From positions 1 to 64,000 of the forward strand of contig CAVPCQ010000003.1 in assembly GCA_963702425.1 (NCBI GenBank): a stretch of DNA of 64,000 nucleotides. Direction: 5' to 3'. The position numbers and the translations under genes are program-made. Of this stretch, positions 46,561 to 56,375 are shown piece after piece; the first letter of the stretch is position 1, and the number at the start of each line of letters is the position of its first letter. Below the pieces are notes generated by a model. It made no database searches. It was given only the letters and a program-made list of their open reading frames with translations, and was not told where the DNA came from. The DNA comes from an uncultured Acidobacteriota bacterium. Its GTDB lineage: Bacteria; Acidobacteriota; Polarisedimenticolia; J045.

Positions 46561-47724
46561 GTGTTCCCCGACACCGCTCCCTGGCTGGTCCGGCTGGTCC
46601 AAGCCGATCAGCCATGTCCTGACGACATTCCCGCCGACCTCTGGCCGGCGCTGCTCGAAGCGGCGCGTGAGGCCGACGTGCACGGCCTGGTGGCCGAGCG
46701 CGTCCTCGCCTCCGGCACCCGCGTGCCGCCCGCGATCGGCCGCGAGCTCGCGGCACTGCGCCAGCGCGAGGCCCGCCACCACGGGTTCCACTTCGTCGAG
46801 GCCGAGCGCATCGCCGCCGCCTTCGGCGCCCGCGCGATCCCCTGGGTGCTCCTGAAGGGAGCCGGTCTCGCGCGCACGGCCTACTCCCAGCCGGTCGAGC
46901 GCGCGTTCCGCGATCTCGACGTGCTCGTCGCCGACGACCGCCACGACGAGGCGATCGCCGCGCTGCGCGCGCTGGGCTATGCCGACGCCGACCCCGAGCC
47001 AGTGCAGGCGGCCCAGCGCGCCACTCATTTTCACGTCGCGCTCGCCGGTCCCGGCAAGCCCCAGGTCGAGCTGCACTGGGCCGTCGTGCGGCCGGAGGAC
47101 CCGTACCGCGTCGAGCCGCGCTGGCTGCTCGAGGGCGCGATCATCCCGGCCGACATGCCGCACGTCCCCTGTCCCCCCGCGGAGGCGCAGGTCGTGCATG
47201 CCGCGGCCAGCCAGGTCCGCTGCGGCTTCACGCAGCTCAAGCGGATCGTGGACGTCGACCGGATCGCGCGCCGCGGAGGCGTCGACTGGGCGCGGGTGGC
47301 GAACCTGGCCCGGGAAGGCGATCTCGGCCCGGCCGTGCGCCTGCTGCTCGAACTCTCGGCCGAGCTGCTCGGCACGCCGCTCGACGGGGCGCTCGCGCTG
47401 CTCCCACCGCTCGGCCCGGTCCGCACCCGCCTCGACGAGCTGGGGATCGCCGGCTTCCCGCTCGGCCTGCCGCCGTCCGCCTGGGGCCCGGCCCGGCACC
47501 TCGTGCGCTACTGGCTGGCGCGCCAGCGCAGCGTCGTGGTGCACCAGTTCGTCTTCCCGACGCCGTTCGAGCGCGAGCGGATGCGCGCGCTCGGCGTCCG
47601 CCGGGGCGCGGAGCTGGCGGGCACGGCCAAGCGCACGGCGATCCTCGCCTGGCTGGCGCTGTGGCAGCTCGGTTTGCGCGTGGCGCCGCATCGTCGCTCG
47701 CTTCCTCTCCATCCCGACCGCTAA
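46561..47724 (+). CDS. Nucleotidyltransferase family protein (NTP_transf_5-like)
   Basis: [32 protein letters not shown]. Start uncertain. Confidence 0.85.
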   Translation: MFPDTAPWLVRLVQADQPCPDDIPADLWPALLEAAREADVHGLVAERVLASGTRVPPAIGRELAALRQREARHHGFHFVEAERIAAAFGARAIPWVLLKGAGLARTAYSQPVERAFRDLDVLVADDRHDEAIAALRALGYADADPEPVQAAQRATHFHVALAGPGKPQVELHWAVVRPEDPYRVEPRWLLEGAIIPADMPHVPCPPAEAQVVHAAASQVRCGFTQLKRIVDVDRIARRGGVDWARVANLAREGDLGPAVRLLLELSAELLGTPLDGALALLPPLGPVRTRLDELGIAGFPLGLPPSAWGPARHLVRYWLARQRSVVVHQFVFPTPFERERMRALGVRRGAELAGTAKRTAILAWLALWQLGLRVAPHRRSLPLHPDR

Positions 47725-49634
47725 CGCCGCGCCACCCAGCTCTGCACCTCGGGGGGCAGGTAGGGGCGGTATTCGGGCACCAGTTCCTTCAACGTCTCGC
47801 GGATCCCCATGTCGTCCATCGCCACGGCCTGGTTGATCAGCCGCGCGACCCTCTGGTCGAGGTCCGGCGGAACTGTCTCCTTGGCCGCGACCTTGGAGAT
47901 TTTCGGGTGGGCGGTCCGCTCGGTCAGCTCGCGCTCGCTCGAAAGCTCCTCGTTCAGCTTCTCCCCCGGGCGCAGGCCGACATAGACCACCGGGATGTCC
48001 TGGTCCGGTTCGAGGCCGTGTAGCCGGATCACCTTCCGCGCCAGGTCGTCGATCAGCATCGGCTCGCCCATGTCGAGCACGAAGATCTCGCCCCCCTTGG
48101 CCAGGGTGCCGGCCTGAATCACCAGCGCCACGGCCTCCGGGATCGTCATGAAGTAGCGCCGGACTTCCTTGTGGGTCACGGTGACGGGCCCGCCGCGTTC
48201 GATCTGGCGCTGGAACAGCGGGATGACCGAGCCCCGGCTGCCGAGCACGTTGCCGAAGCGCACCGCGGCGACGACCGTGTGCCGGTAGCGCCCCGACTGG
48301 ATGTACATCTCGGCGACCCGCTTGCAGCAACCCATGATGCTCGACGGGTTGACGGCCTTGTCGGTCGAGATGCAGACCAGCCGCTCGACGCCGAACTCGT
48401 CGCAGGCCTCCAGGACGTTCCGCGTGCCGAGGATGTTGTTCAGCACCGCTTCGTCCGGGTTGAGCTCCATCAGGGGGACGTGCTTGTCGGCCCCCGCGTG
48501 GAAGACGATCTCGGGGCGGAAGCGCTGGAAGACGCCCATCAGCTTCCGCTTGTTGATCACGTCCCCGATGATCTCGATCAGCTGCGTGTCGGCGGCGCGC
48601 GGCGACAGCTCCTGGAAGATCGCGAAGATGCTGTTCTCGCCGCGGCCCAGCAGACCCAATTGCGACGGATTGAAGCGCAGCACCTGGCGGCAGAGCTCCG
48701 AGCCGATCGAGCCGCCGGCGCCCGTGATCAGGACGCGCCGCCCGCGGAGGTAGGCGCTGACCTCCTCGACCTTCAGCTCGACGCGCGGTCGGCCCAGCAG
48801 GTCCTCGATCTGCAGGTCGCGGATGTCCGAGAGCCGGACCGGACCGTGCACCAGGCTGGCCAGGTCGGGCAGGATCTTCATCTTGGCGCCGGTGCCGCGG
48901 CAGATCTCGACGATCGGGCGGACCTCTTCGGCGGTCGCCGACGGGATCGCGATCAGGATCTCCTGCACGTCGTGCTGCGAGACCAGGCGCGGGATGTCGG
49001 CGCGTCCGCCGCGGACCTTCACGCCGTGCAGCCGCAGCCCGAGCTTGCTCCGGTCGTCGTCGACGATGCCAACCGGGAGGTAGCCCAGCGCCTCGTTGCG
49101 CGCCATCTCGCGGACCAGCGACTCGCCGGCGTCGCCGGCGCCGACGATCAGGATCCGGCGCTCCGGCCCGCGTGCCCGCGGCGCGATCAGGCGGCGCATT
49201 CTCACCGGGATCGCCGCCAGGAAGGCGGGGTTGACGCGCTCGCGCGCGAGGCGCGGCGCGACACGGACCATCCCGCAGAACAGCAGCGTCAGCAGCAGGT
49301 CGAGCGCGGCAACGCTGGAGGGGACGTGGTCGCCGATGACGTACCAGGTCGCGATCAACACCAGCGTCGCCGAGACCGCGCCGCGCAACAGCCGCAGCAG
49401 GTCGGAGATCGACGAGTAGCGCCAGAGCGTGGCGTAGTTGCCGAACAGGGCGAGGACCACCAGCTTCACGACCACGACCAGCGGCAGCGCCTTGCGCAGC
49501 AGGGCGCCCTGCTCCGCCGGGAGTTCGCCGCCGAAGCGCAGCAGGTAGGCGCACCAGAAGGCCAGCGCGAACAGCAGGGCATCGGTGGCGGCCTTGGCCG
49601 CGACGATCCACAGGCTCTCCAGGCGCTGCCGCAT
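47721..49634 (-). CDS. CapD/PglF-type nucleoside-diphosphate-sugar 4,6-dehydratase
   Basis: N-terminal TM helices, [60 protein letters not shown]. Confidence 0.95.
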   Translation of the reverse strand: MRQRLESLWIVAAKAATDALLFALAFWCAYLLRFGGELPAEQGALLRKALPLVVVVKLVVLALFGNYATLWRYSSISDLLRLLRGAVSATLVLIATWYVIGDHVPSSVAALDLLLTLLFCGMVRVAPRLARERVNPAFLAAIPVRMRRLIAPRARGPERRILIVGAGDAGESLVREMARNEALGYLPVGIVDDDRSKLGLRLHGVKVRGGRADIPRLVSQHDVQEILIAIPSATAEEVRPIVEICRGTGAKMKILPDLASLVHGPVRLSDIRDLQIEDLLGRPRVELKVEEVSAYLRGRRVLITGAGGSIGSELCRQVLRFNPSQLGLLGRGENSIFAIFQELSPRAADTQLIEIIGDVINKRKLMGVFQRFRPEIVFHAGADKHVPLMELNPDEAVLNNILGTRNVLEACDEFGVERLVCISTDKAVNPSSIMGCCKRVAEMYIQSGRYRHTVVAAVRFGNVLGSRGSVIPLFQRQIERGGPVTVTHKEVRRYFMTIPEAVALVIQAGTLAKGGEIFVLDMGEPMLIDDLARKVIRLHGLEPDQDIPVVYVGLRPGEKLNEELSSERELTERTAHPKISKVAAKETVPPDLDQRVARLINQAVAMDDMGIRETLKELVPEYRPYLPPEVQSWVARR

Positions 49635-49636
49635 CG

Positions 49637-50690
49637 TCAGACCGCCTTTCGCTCGCCGTCGCGCGTGTCGTGGGCCACCCGCCCGCCCGCTCTCCGGAAC
49701 TGCACCAGCGCCTCCAGGGCCGCGCCCACCGTCAGCAGCGCGTCGTGCCGCGCCTTGGGGCGGACCTGCATCAGCGGGCGCCGCACCACGAACGGCACCA
49801 GTCGGTCGAGCGCCGCCCCGTCGTCGTCGACCCGCTCGGCCCCCTCTGAGCGGTAGCGGGTGAGAATTTCCTCCGGGATGGCGTCGGTCGCGACCAGCGC
49901 GCCGTCGAGCGTCCCCGCGTGGTCGAGCACGGCGCGGACGTGCGCCGCCGCGGTGAAGCCGCTGGTCTCGCCGTCCTCGGTCATCGCGTTGACCACCAGC
50001 AGCCGCAGCGCCGCGGTCCGGCGCAGCGCGGCGGCGAGGCGGCCGACCAGCAGGTTGGGGACGATGCTGGTGAACAGGCTGCCCGGGCCGAGGATCACGA
50101 GGTCGGCCTTCTCGATCGCTTCGACCACGCCCGGCGCAGCGGCATCGGCCGCCGGTTCGAGCCGCAACCGGTGCACGGCACCGCCCGCGGCGGCCAGCGC
50201 CGTCTCGCCCAGCAGCTCGCGGCCGTCGGCCATCGTCGCCACCAGGCGCACGTGGTCGAGGGTCGACGGGAAGACGCGCCCCTGGATGTTGAGCACCTCG
50301 CTCGCCAGCTGGACCGCGGCCGCGAAGCCGCCTTCCTCCTCCTGGGCCAGCGCGGCCAGGATCAGGTTCCCGACCGGATGCCCTTCGAGGTCCTGCCCCG
50401 GTGCGGTAGCGGGCCTGGAACAGGCGGGCCATCAACGGCTCGTTGTGCGAGAGCGCGACGAGGCAGTTCCGGATGTCGCCTGGCGGAAGCATCCGCAGCG
50501 ATTCGCGCAGCCGGCCCGAGCTGCCCCCCTCGTCGGTCACCGTGACCACCGCCGTCAGCCGCTCGGGGTCGTCCGCCAGCCCGGCCGGGAACAGGACGGC
50601 CTTGAGCCCGCGGAGCACCGCGGGCAGGCCCGTCCCGCCGCCGAGGGCGACGACGCGGAGCGGGAACGGCATGGTCTCAACGTGGTTCAC
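49637..50690 (-). CDS. yvcK: YvcK/GlmR (CofD-fold) UDP-sugar-binding protein (frameshift near 50400)
   Basis: [27 protein letters not shown], then in the shifted frame GHPVGNL and [14 protein letters not shown]. Confidence 0.85.
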
Positions 50691-51474
50691 GGTCGTAGTA
50701 GCTCCCGCCGTACTCGTCGTAGCGGTAGTAGTAGCGGTCGACCAGCGTGTAGCGGACGTCGTTGAGCACGACGCCGATCACGCGGCCGGTCGTGATCTGG
50801 GCCAGCGCCTTGCGCACGATCTGGCGGCTCGTCAGGCCGGCGCGGATCACGAAGATCAGCCCGTCGGCGTGCGAGTTGAGGATGTTGGCGTCGACGAACC
50901 GCATCAGCGGCGGGGCGTCGAGGATGACCATGTCGAAGCGGTCGCGCAGCTGGCGCAAGAGGCGCCGGAAGCGCTCGGACTTCAGCACCTCGGCCGGCTT
51001 GTCGGGCGGGCGGCCGGCCGGCAGCAGGCGCAGGCGGGTCTGGTTGAGGTCGACGATCGCGGCGTCCAGGTCGGCGCGGTCCTCGAAGACGTCCATCCAG
51101 CCGACGCGCGGCTTGCTCAGCAGGAACTGGTGGACCCGCGGCCGGTGCAGGTCGACGTCCATCAGGACCACCTTGCGGTCGCGGTCCTCGGCCATCGCCA
51201 GCGCGAGGTTCATCGAGCTGAGGGTCTTCCCCTCGGCCTCGCGGCTGCTGGTGATCACGATCGTCCGATAGGGGTGGTCGTCGCGCGCGCCGAGGTGGTC
51301 GATGTGCGTCATCATCCGGCGGTAGCGCTCGGTCACCGGCGAGCGCGGGTCGACCATCGGCATCAGCAGCGGATTGGGCGCGAGGTCGCGCGGCACGCGC
51401 CGCGTCGCGGTCTGCGGCGCGCCCTCGTCGGGGGCCACGGGCCGGCCCGGAACGGCTGCGTCGCGCCGGCTCAC
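50677..51474 (-). CDS. CpsD/CapB-family bacterial tyrosine kinase (stand-alone)
   Basis: [11 protein letters not shown] Walker [15 protein letters not shown]-terminal tyrosine cluster [14 protein letters not shown]. Confidence 0.92.
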   Translation of the reverse strand: MSRRDAAVPGRPVAPDEGAPQTATRRVPRDLAPNPLLMPMVDPRSPVTERYRRMMTHIDHLGARDDHPYRTIVITSSREAEGKTLSSMNLALAMAEDRDRKVVLMDVDLHRPRVHQFLLSKPRVGWMDVFEDRADLDAAIVDLNQTRLRLLPAGRPPDKPAEVLKSERFRRLLRQLRDRFDMVILDAPPLMRFVDANILNSHADGLIFVIRAGLTSRQIVRKALAQITTGRVIGVVLNDVRYTLVDRYYYRYDEYGGSYYDREPR

Positions 51475-52923
51475 GCGGCCCCCTTGGCCTGCCGCGTGCC
51501 GCGGCGGCGCGACTTCGACTCCACGCGCGTCAGGTCCGGGATCACGGCGAGGATCGGCAGGTCGATCGCGGCCGCCAGTTGCTCCTCGCTCTTGAACGAC
51601 TGGTCGAAGACCTCGAGCAGCAGGACCAGGGAGATCCCGAGCCCGCCGCCGACCGCGAGTCCCATCAGCAGGAAGAAGCGCAGGTCGGGCCAGAACGGGT
51701 CCTTCGGCGGGCGCGCCGGGTTGAGGACCTCGAACCGCTCGCCCTGCTTGAACGTCTCGACCATCTCGCCTTCGCGCGCGTCGCGCTCCTTCTGCTGCGC
51801 GTCGCGGTACTCCTGCTCGATGCGGTCGCGGATCTGGAGCATCGATTGCAGCGCGCTCTCGCGGTCGGGCGTGCGCTCGAGCTGGCTCTGAATCGTCCCC
51901 GACTCGGCGACCAGCCGCTGCCGCGACGCCTCGTCGGCCGCGAGTTCCCGCTGGAAGCGGTCGAGTTCGCGCCGAATCTGGGCCCGCGCCGAATCGTTGG
52001 TTGCGGCTGCGTCGGACGGCGCCTCGGGGTTCGCAGCGAGCTGCTGCTCGAGGATCGCGATCCGGTCGCGGCGGGTCTTGACCTCCGGGTGGATCTCGGT
52101 CCGGCCGAGCGAAGTCTGCTCGGCCAGCTCCTGCCTGAGCCGCGCCAGCTCGATCGTGCGCGGATCGACGACGGTTCCGCCGCCGGGCCCCGCGAGCGTG
52201 CCGCCCGACGTTCAGCTCGATCTCGAGCCGCCGGATGTCGTTCTGGTAGCCGCGCACCCGGGCGTCGATCCGGTCGATCTCGGTCCGCACGACCGCGAGG
52301 CGCTGGAGGTTGGTGTCGCGGTAGGCGTCGACCTCGAACTTGTGCTCGCCCTGGAACAGGTCGATCTGCCGCTGGATCTCGCCCAGGCGCCGTTCCGAGT
52401 CCTCGCGGATCTCGGTCAGCTTGACGAGCGTCTCGCTGGCCAGCCCCTGCCGCGTCGACTCGGTCCGCTTGATGTAGATGTCGGCCAGCTCGTTGGCGAT
52501 GTTGGCCGCGATCCGCGGGTCTTCCCAGGTCACGGTCAGGTCGAAGTACCGGTTGCGCGGGTTGGCCTGCAGGTCGATCGCCCCGTCGAGCTTGCGCGCC
52601 AGCTCCGCGGCGTCCCGGGGGCCGCCGGGGGTGCCGACGAGCTTCAGCCGCGTCTCGAGGTCCTGGACGTTCTTCTCGGAGGTCAGCTCGGCGTTGAGCG
52701 AGTTCACCAGCTCGGTCGCCTGGAACTCGACGATCGGGCTCAGGAGGGCCTTGGAGATCGTCTGCGGCCGGATCTGGGCCCGGGTCGTCGCCTTGTAGAG
52801 CTTCGGGTACCGCACGTAGAACAGCGTCGCGAACAGCACCCCCAGCAGCGCGGGCAGGATGATCCACCACCGCCGCCGGAACGCGATGTCGAGGTATTCC
52901 TTGAGCAGGGGGTTGTTCTGCAT
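51471..52923 (-). CDS. Polysaccharide co-polymerase / chain-length determinant (Wzc-N/GumC-like; frameshift near 52205)
   Basis: EYLDIAFRRRWWII plus TM, coiled coil with HPEV, GERFEVLNPARPPKDPFWP plus TM, LPILAVIP. Confidence 0.88.
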
Positions 52924-52949
52924 CGCTTGCTCGCTGTCTCGGGTCCTTC

Positions 52950-54226
52950 CTACCGCGCCGTGGGGTTCCAGCTCACGACCGCGCTGTAGATCGCGTACGT
53001 GCCTTCGGGAACGAACTGGGTCGAATCCGCCGTGTCGCTCGTAGTCTGGTCGTAGTACTGCACCCCGAAGCCGAGTCCCCAGTGGCGCGACAGGCCGGCC
53101 ACGAACTCGGCGCTGCCGCCGAGGGTCTTCGATGGCGGGGAACGCGTCGAGAACCGGCTCGCGGTCGGAGTAGCGCAGCGCGAGGCCGAAGCGCGAGGCC
53201 TGCCTGATCGGCAGGCGCAGCCCGGCGTAGGCCGCGAGCACCAAGGCCGTCCCTTCGACGCCGCTCGAGCCGGTGAACTCCTGGATCACGCCCAGGTCGA
53301 CCTCGGACCGACCCAGCACCCGGCGGGTGGCGGAGAGCTGATAGACCGGGCGGAACTCGTCCACCCGCCCGGTGCTCCGGGTCCCCAGGTCCGCCGTCTG
53401 GAGGTGCGCCACGCCGGCACGGCCCGTGAACTCCCAGCCCTCGGCGACGTTGCCGTAGATGTAGGCCCCGCCGAGGTTCTGCACGAGGTCGGAGCCGAGC
53501 GAACCGTTGTCGATGTACTGCCCGATGTAGCCGAACCGGAGCTGGGACCGGGGAGTGAGCCGCGTCTCGGAGGCCAGACCGAGTACGGTCGTGGTGGTGT
53601 CGGCCACCGTGATCGGCTGGTCGCCGGTCCCGACGGCGAGGTTGTCCTGGTAGCGCGTGCCCGTCGAGCCGAGCTCGGACGATCCAGGCGGCCCGCTCGG
53701 AGAGCCGGAAGGTCCCGGAGCCCCACGCGGTCCAGGATGTCGTCGTCGTGGGCGGCAGCACGAAGAGGTCCTGCTGGATGTTGTCGTAGGACACGCCCTG
53801 GCGCTGGGTCCGAGTCCCGCTCCCCGTGACCTCCCAGCTCGTGCGGGTCGACTGTGTGAAGGTCCAGCCGAGGCTTGCGGTGTAGTCGGTGTAGCTCAGG
53901 TCGGAGAGACTGGCGCCGCCCTCGGGTGTGTTTGGCCCGGTGTAGGTCTTGTCGTCGTACTGGTAGCGGGTCGGCGTGAAGGTGAGGTTCGTCGACGAGC
54001 GCGGCGTCGTCGCCGTCACGGGCAGCGCCACCGAGAGAATGCCGATCCAGTCGCCCAGGGTCTGGACGGAACCGGACTCCACGTCGGTCACGAGCAGGAC
54101 GTTGTCGTTGTACTGGACCCCCAGCACGACGCTCGGGTCGAAGCTCCAGTCGGCGGCCGGCGCGGGGCCGCCCGCCACCGCGAGCGCGAGGAGTACGCTT
54201 CCGGCCACGCGGCGCCGTGCGGTCAT
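52950..54226 (-). CDS. Outer-membrane beta-barrel associated with polysaccharide export (two frameshifts, near 53670 and 53130)
   Basis: Signal peptide, PSVVLGVQYNDNV start, alternating amphipathic strands continuing across three frames, ending YAIYSAVVSWNPTAR* at 52950. Confidence 0.72.
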
Positions 54227-54879
54227 TCCGCCACCACGATGTCGCCCGACATGAGCATGATGTTCTGCTCGGGCGTCTTCCCCTTGATGATGTCGTCGTA
54301 GTCGATCCCGATCCGCTTCGGTCCCTCGCTCGTCTCGCGCATCACGATGATCCGCTTGTTCGCGAACTCGTTCAGCCCGCCGGCCATCGCCAGGGCCTGC
54401 AGCAGCCGGAGCGGCGTGGCTGACGTGATCTCCCCCTGCGTGCCGACCCGGCCCAGGACGTACAGGCGATAACTGTTGATCGCACGGACCGCGACGGTGA
54501 CGACCGGCTCCTTCTGGAACGGCTCGAGCTTCTTCGCGATCGATCTGGCGAGCAGCGTCGGCGGCATCCCCTCGGCGTCGATGTCGCCGACCAGGGGCAG
54601 CGTGATCCGGCCGTCGGGACGGACCACCACCTCGTGCGCTTCCGCCTCGCCGAAGACGAAGATCGAGAGCTCGTCGCCGATGCCGATCCGGTACTCGGCC
54701 CGGGCGGGAGCGGTGGAACTCGCCGGGGCCGGGGCCGCGGCCGGGGCCGCGGCCTCCTGCGCGGACGCAGGCAGCGTGCCGACGCCCGGCGCGAGCGCGA
54801 ACGCGAGCGCGAGCGCGGCGGCCCGCGGCGCGGAGAGGGTATGGCGAACGGAGGCGGTGATCCTGTGTTCTCTCGGCAT
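54223..54879 (-). CDS. wza: Polysaccharide export OPX/Wza-family protein (short form)
   Basis: GAGGA RBS; EYRIGIGDELSIFV, VRPDGRITLPLVGD (PES motif), SLBB LLQALAMAGGL, GDIVV. Confidence 0.92.
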   Translation of the reverse strand: MPREHRITASVRHTLSAPRAAALALAFALAPGVGTLPASAQEAAAPAAAPAPASSTAPARAEYRIGIGDELSIFVFGEAEAHEVVVRPDGRITLPLVGDIDAEGMPPTLLARSIAKKLEPFQKEPVVTVAVRAINSYRLYVLGRVGTQGEITSATPLRLLQALAMAGGLNEFANKRIIVMRETSEGPKRIGIDYDDIIKGKTPEQNIMLMSGDIVVAE

Positions 54880-55546
54880 GGTGTCCTCGTCACGCTCCGG
54901 GCTTTCCCGTGACCGCCCGGACGCTCCGCGCACGGCGGCTCCCCGGTCGGCCCCTGGCTCCCGTCCTTCGGGACAACTTCCCCGGGAAATGGCTACGGCT
55001 CCCGGCCCGGGAAGTCAAGCTCCAAAGATCGTCGCCCGTGTTGTCGATTGTTTCCTCGTGTTCGACTTCTTGTCACTCCGGCCGCGCCGGCGCGTTCAGC
55101 CCCTGAACAGCCCGCCCGGCGCAGCCCGTGGCCCCGACGCCGGGATAGAGAATACGGGGAAATCGCCGGCGGGCCACGTCTCGAACGGGGTCCTTCGGTG
55201 CCGCGCCGGTCCGCGCCGTGCCGCCGGCAAGGCCCTGGACGCGGCCGAAGGCGGAAGGGTGCGAGGCGAGACAGACAAGACAACGGGCGCTCTCGGCGGT
55301 TCATGGCACCGGGCATGGGCGGCATCTCGGCGACTTGCTTACTGGTAAGGATTCGCGCGTTCCCCGTCTGCCGGCGGCCTCATTCGCCGAATTCCGCGTT
55401 GCCGGGCCGGGCGTATCGACGTAAACCCATGGCGGGACAGCTAGGGAGATCCTCAAGTTCGCGCCCTGCCCTTCAGGGTCGCCGGCGGCTCGGGAAGGCC
55501 AGTCGGCGTTACCATCACCGGGCTGGACGCACCTGGGGGGTACCCG

Positions 55547-55846
55547 ATGAACTGTCTTCCGCAGGCCAGGGTGGATGTCCGGAATGTGGACCTGGGCTCC
55601 GAGCTCGTGATCTACGACGAGCGACACGGGCTCTTCCACATCCTGAACTCCACCGCCAGAAGGATCTGGCAGCTCTGCGACGGATCGCACGGCGTGGATG
55701 ACATCGTGGGCGAGATGACCCGCATGTTCCCGCAGACGGCCGTCGCGACGCTGCGGCAGGACGTGGAACGGACGCTGGCTTCGTTGAGGGAAAAGGAAGT
55801 CATCGTCTGGCCGGGCACGGAGAAAGCGGAAGAACGCGCCGGCTGA
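55547..55846 (+). CDS. PqqD-family RiPP recognition element (stand-alone)
   Basis: ELVIYD...HILNSTARRIWQLCDG...DDIV..M...F......RQDV...L..L pattern; 99 aa. Confidence 0.9.
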   Translation: MNCLPQARVDVRNVDLGSELVIYDERHGLFHILNSTARRIWQLCDGSHGVDDIVGEMTRMFPQTAVATLRQDVERTLASLREKEVIVWPGTEKAEERAG

Positions 55847-55914
55847 GCCGGAAGCGGGGAATACGCCAAGGGGATTCAGCCCGCTGGAAGCGGCGGATTG
55901 GGGACGGGAAACAG

Positions 55915-56115
55915 ATGAACGAAATTCGAAAGCCCGAACTGGAGTGCCAGGAGCCCGGCGAGTATGTCGCGCCGGAGATCCTGACCTACTCCCCCGAGGA
56001 TTTCCTCGGACTGCTCGGCCCTGCGCAGGGATACGGCGGCAGTTCTGGCGGCGAGAGCGGTGGTGGCCGCAGTTCCGGCGGCCGCGGCTACCGGCTCTAC
56101 CCGGGGCTGCGCTGA
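55915..56115 (+). CDS. Putative RiPP precursor peptide
   Basis: 66 aa directly after PqqD and before a terminator; YVAPEI leader motif, LLGPAQG, Gly/Ser-rich core. Confidence 0.7.
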   Translation: MNEIRKPELECQEPGEYVAPEILTYSPEDFLGLLGPAQGYGGSSGGESGGGRSSGGRGYRLYPGLR

Positions 56116-56157
56116 CCGCTGCGGCGCGGCCTGGCCGCGTCGGTCCGAATTGAAGAG

Positions 56158-56190
56158 AAGCCCGGCGCTCGGTCGCGCCGGGCTTTTTTG
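56158..56190 (+). terminator. Rho-independent terminator
   Basis: AAGCCCGGCG-loop-CGCCGGGCTT followed by TTTTGTTCTTT. Confidence 0.88.
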
Positions 56191-56233
56191 TTCTTTCGGG
56201 GCCTGGCGGGTCGGCCGGACGCTTACCCTTGGC

Positions 56234-56262
56234 TTGACCCGCACCGGGACGGGGGCTACCAT
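56234..56262 (+). promoter_or_regulatory. Sigma-70 promoter of the tRNA
   Basis: TTGACC-N17-TACCAT, 36 bp upstream of the tRNA. Confidence 0.7.
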
Positions 56263-56298
56263 CCCGCGTCTTCCGTGAGGGTTCCCTCGCGAAGCTGT

Positions 56299-56375
56299 GC
56301 GCCCGTAGCTCAATTGGATAGAGCACTTGACTACGGATCAAGAGGTTGGGGATTCGAGTTCCTCCGGGCGCGCCA
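56299..56375 (+). tRNA. tRNA-Arg (anticodon ACG)
   Basis: Acceptor GCGCCCG/CGGGCGC, D arm GCTC..GAGC, anticodon arm CTTGA-CTACGGA-TCAAG, TTCGA loop, encoded CCA; 77 nt. Confidence 0.95.

Noticed and set aside
47721-50690. 989-aa YvcK-CapD fusion
   Set aside because: The YvcK C-half lies in another frame ending at 49637, and CapD has its own ATG at 49634.
50677-53607. 976-aa ORF seemingly fusing beta-barrel, co-polymerase and tyrosine kinase
   Set aside because: The junction regions are out-of-frame nonsense; the ORF arises from frameshifts in three separate genes.
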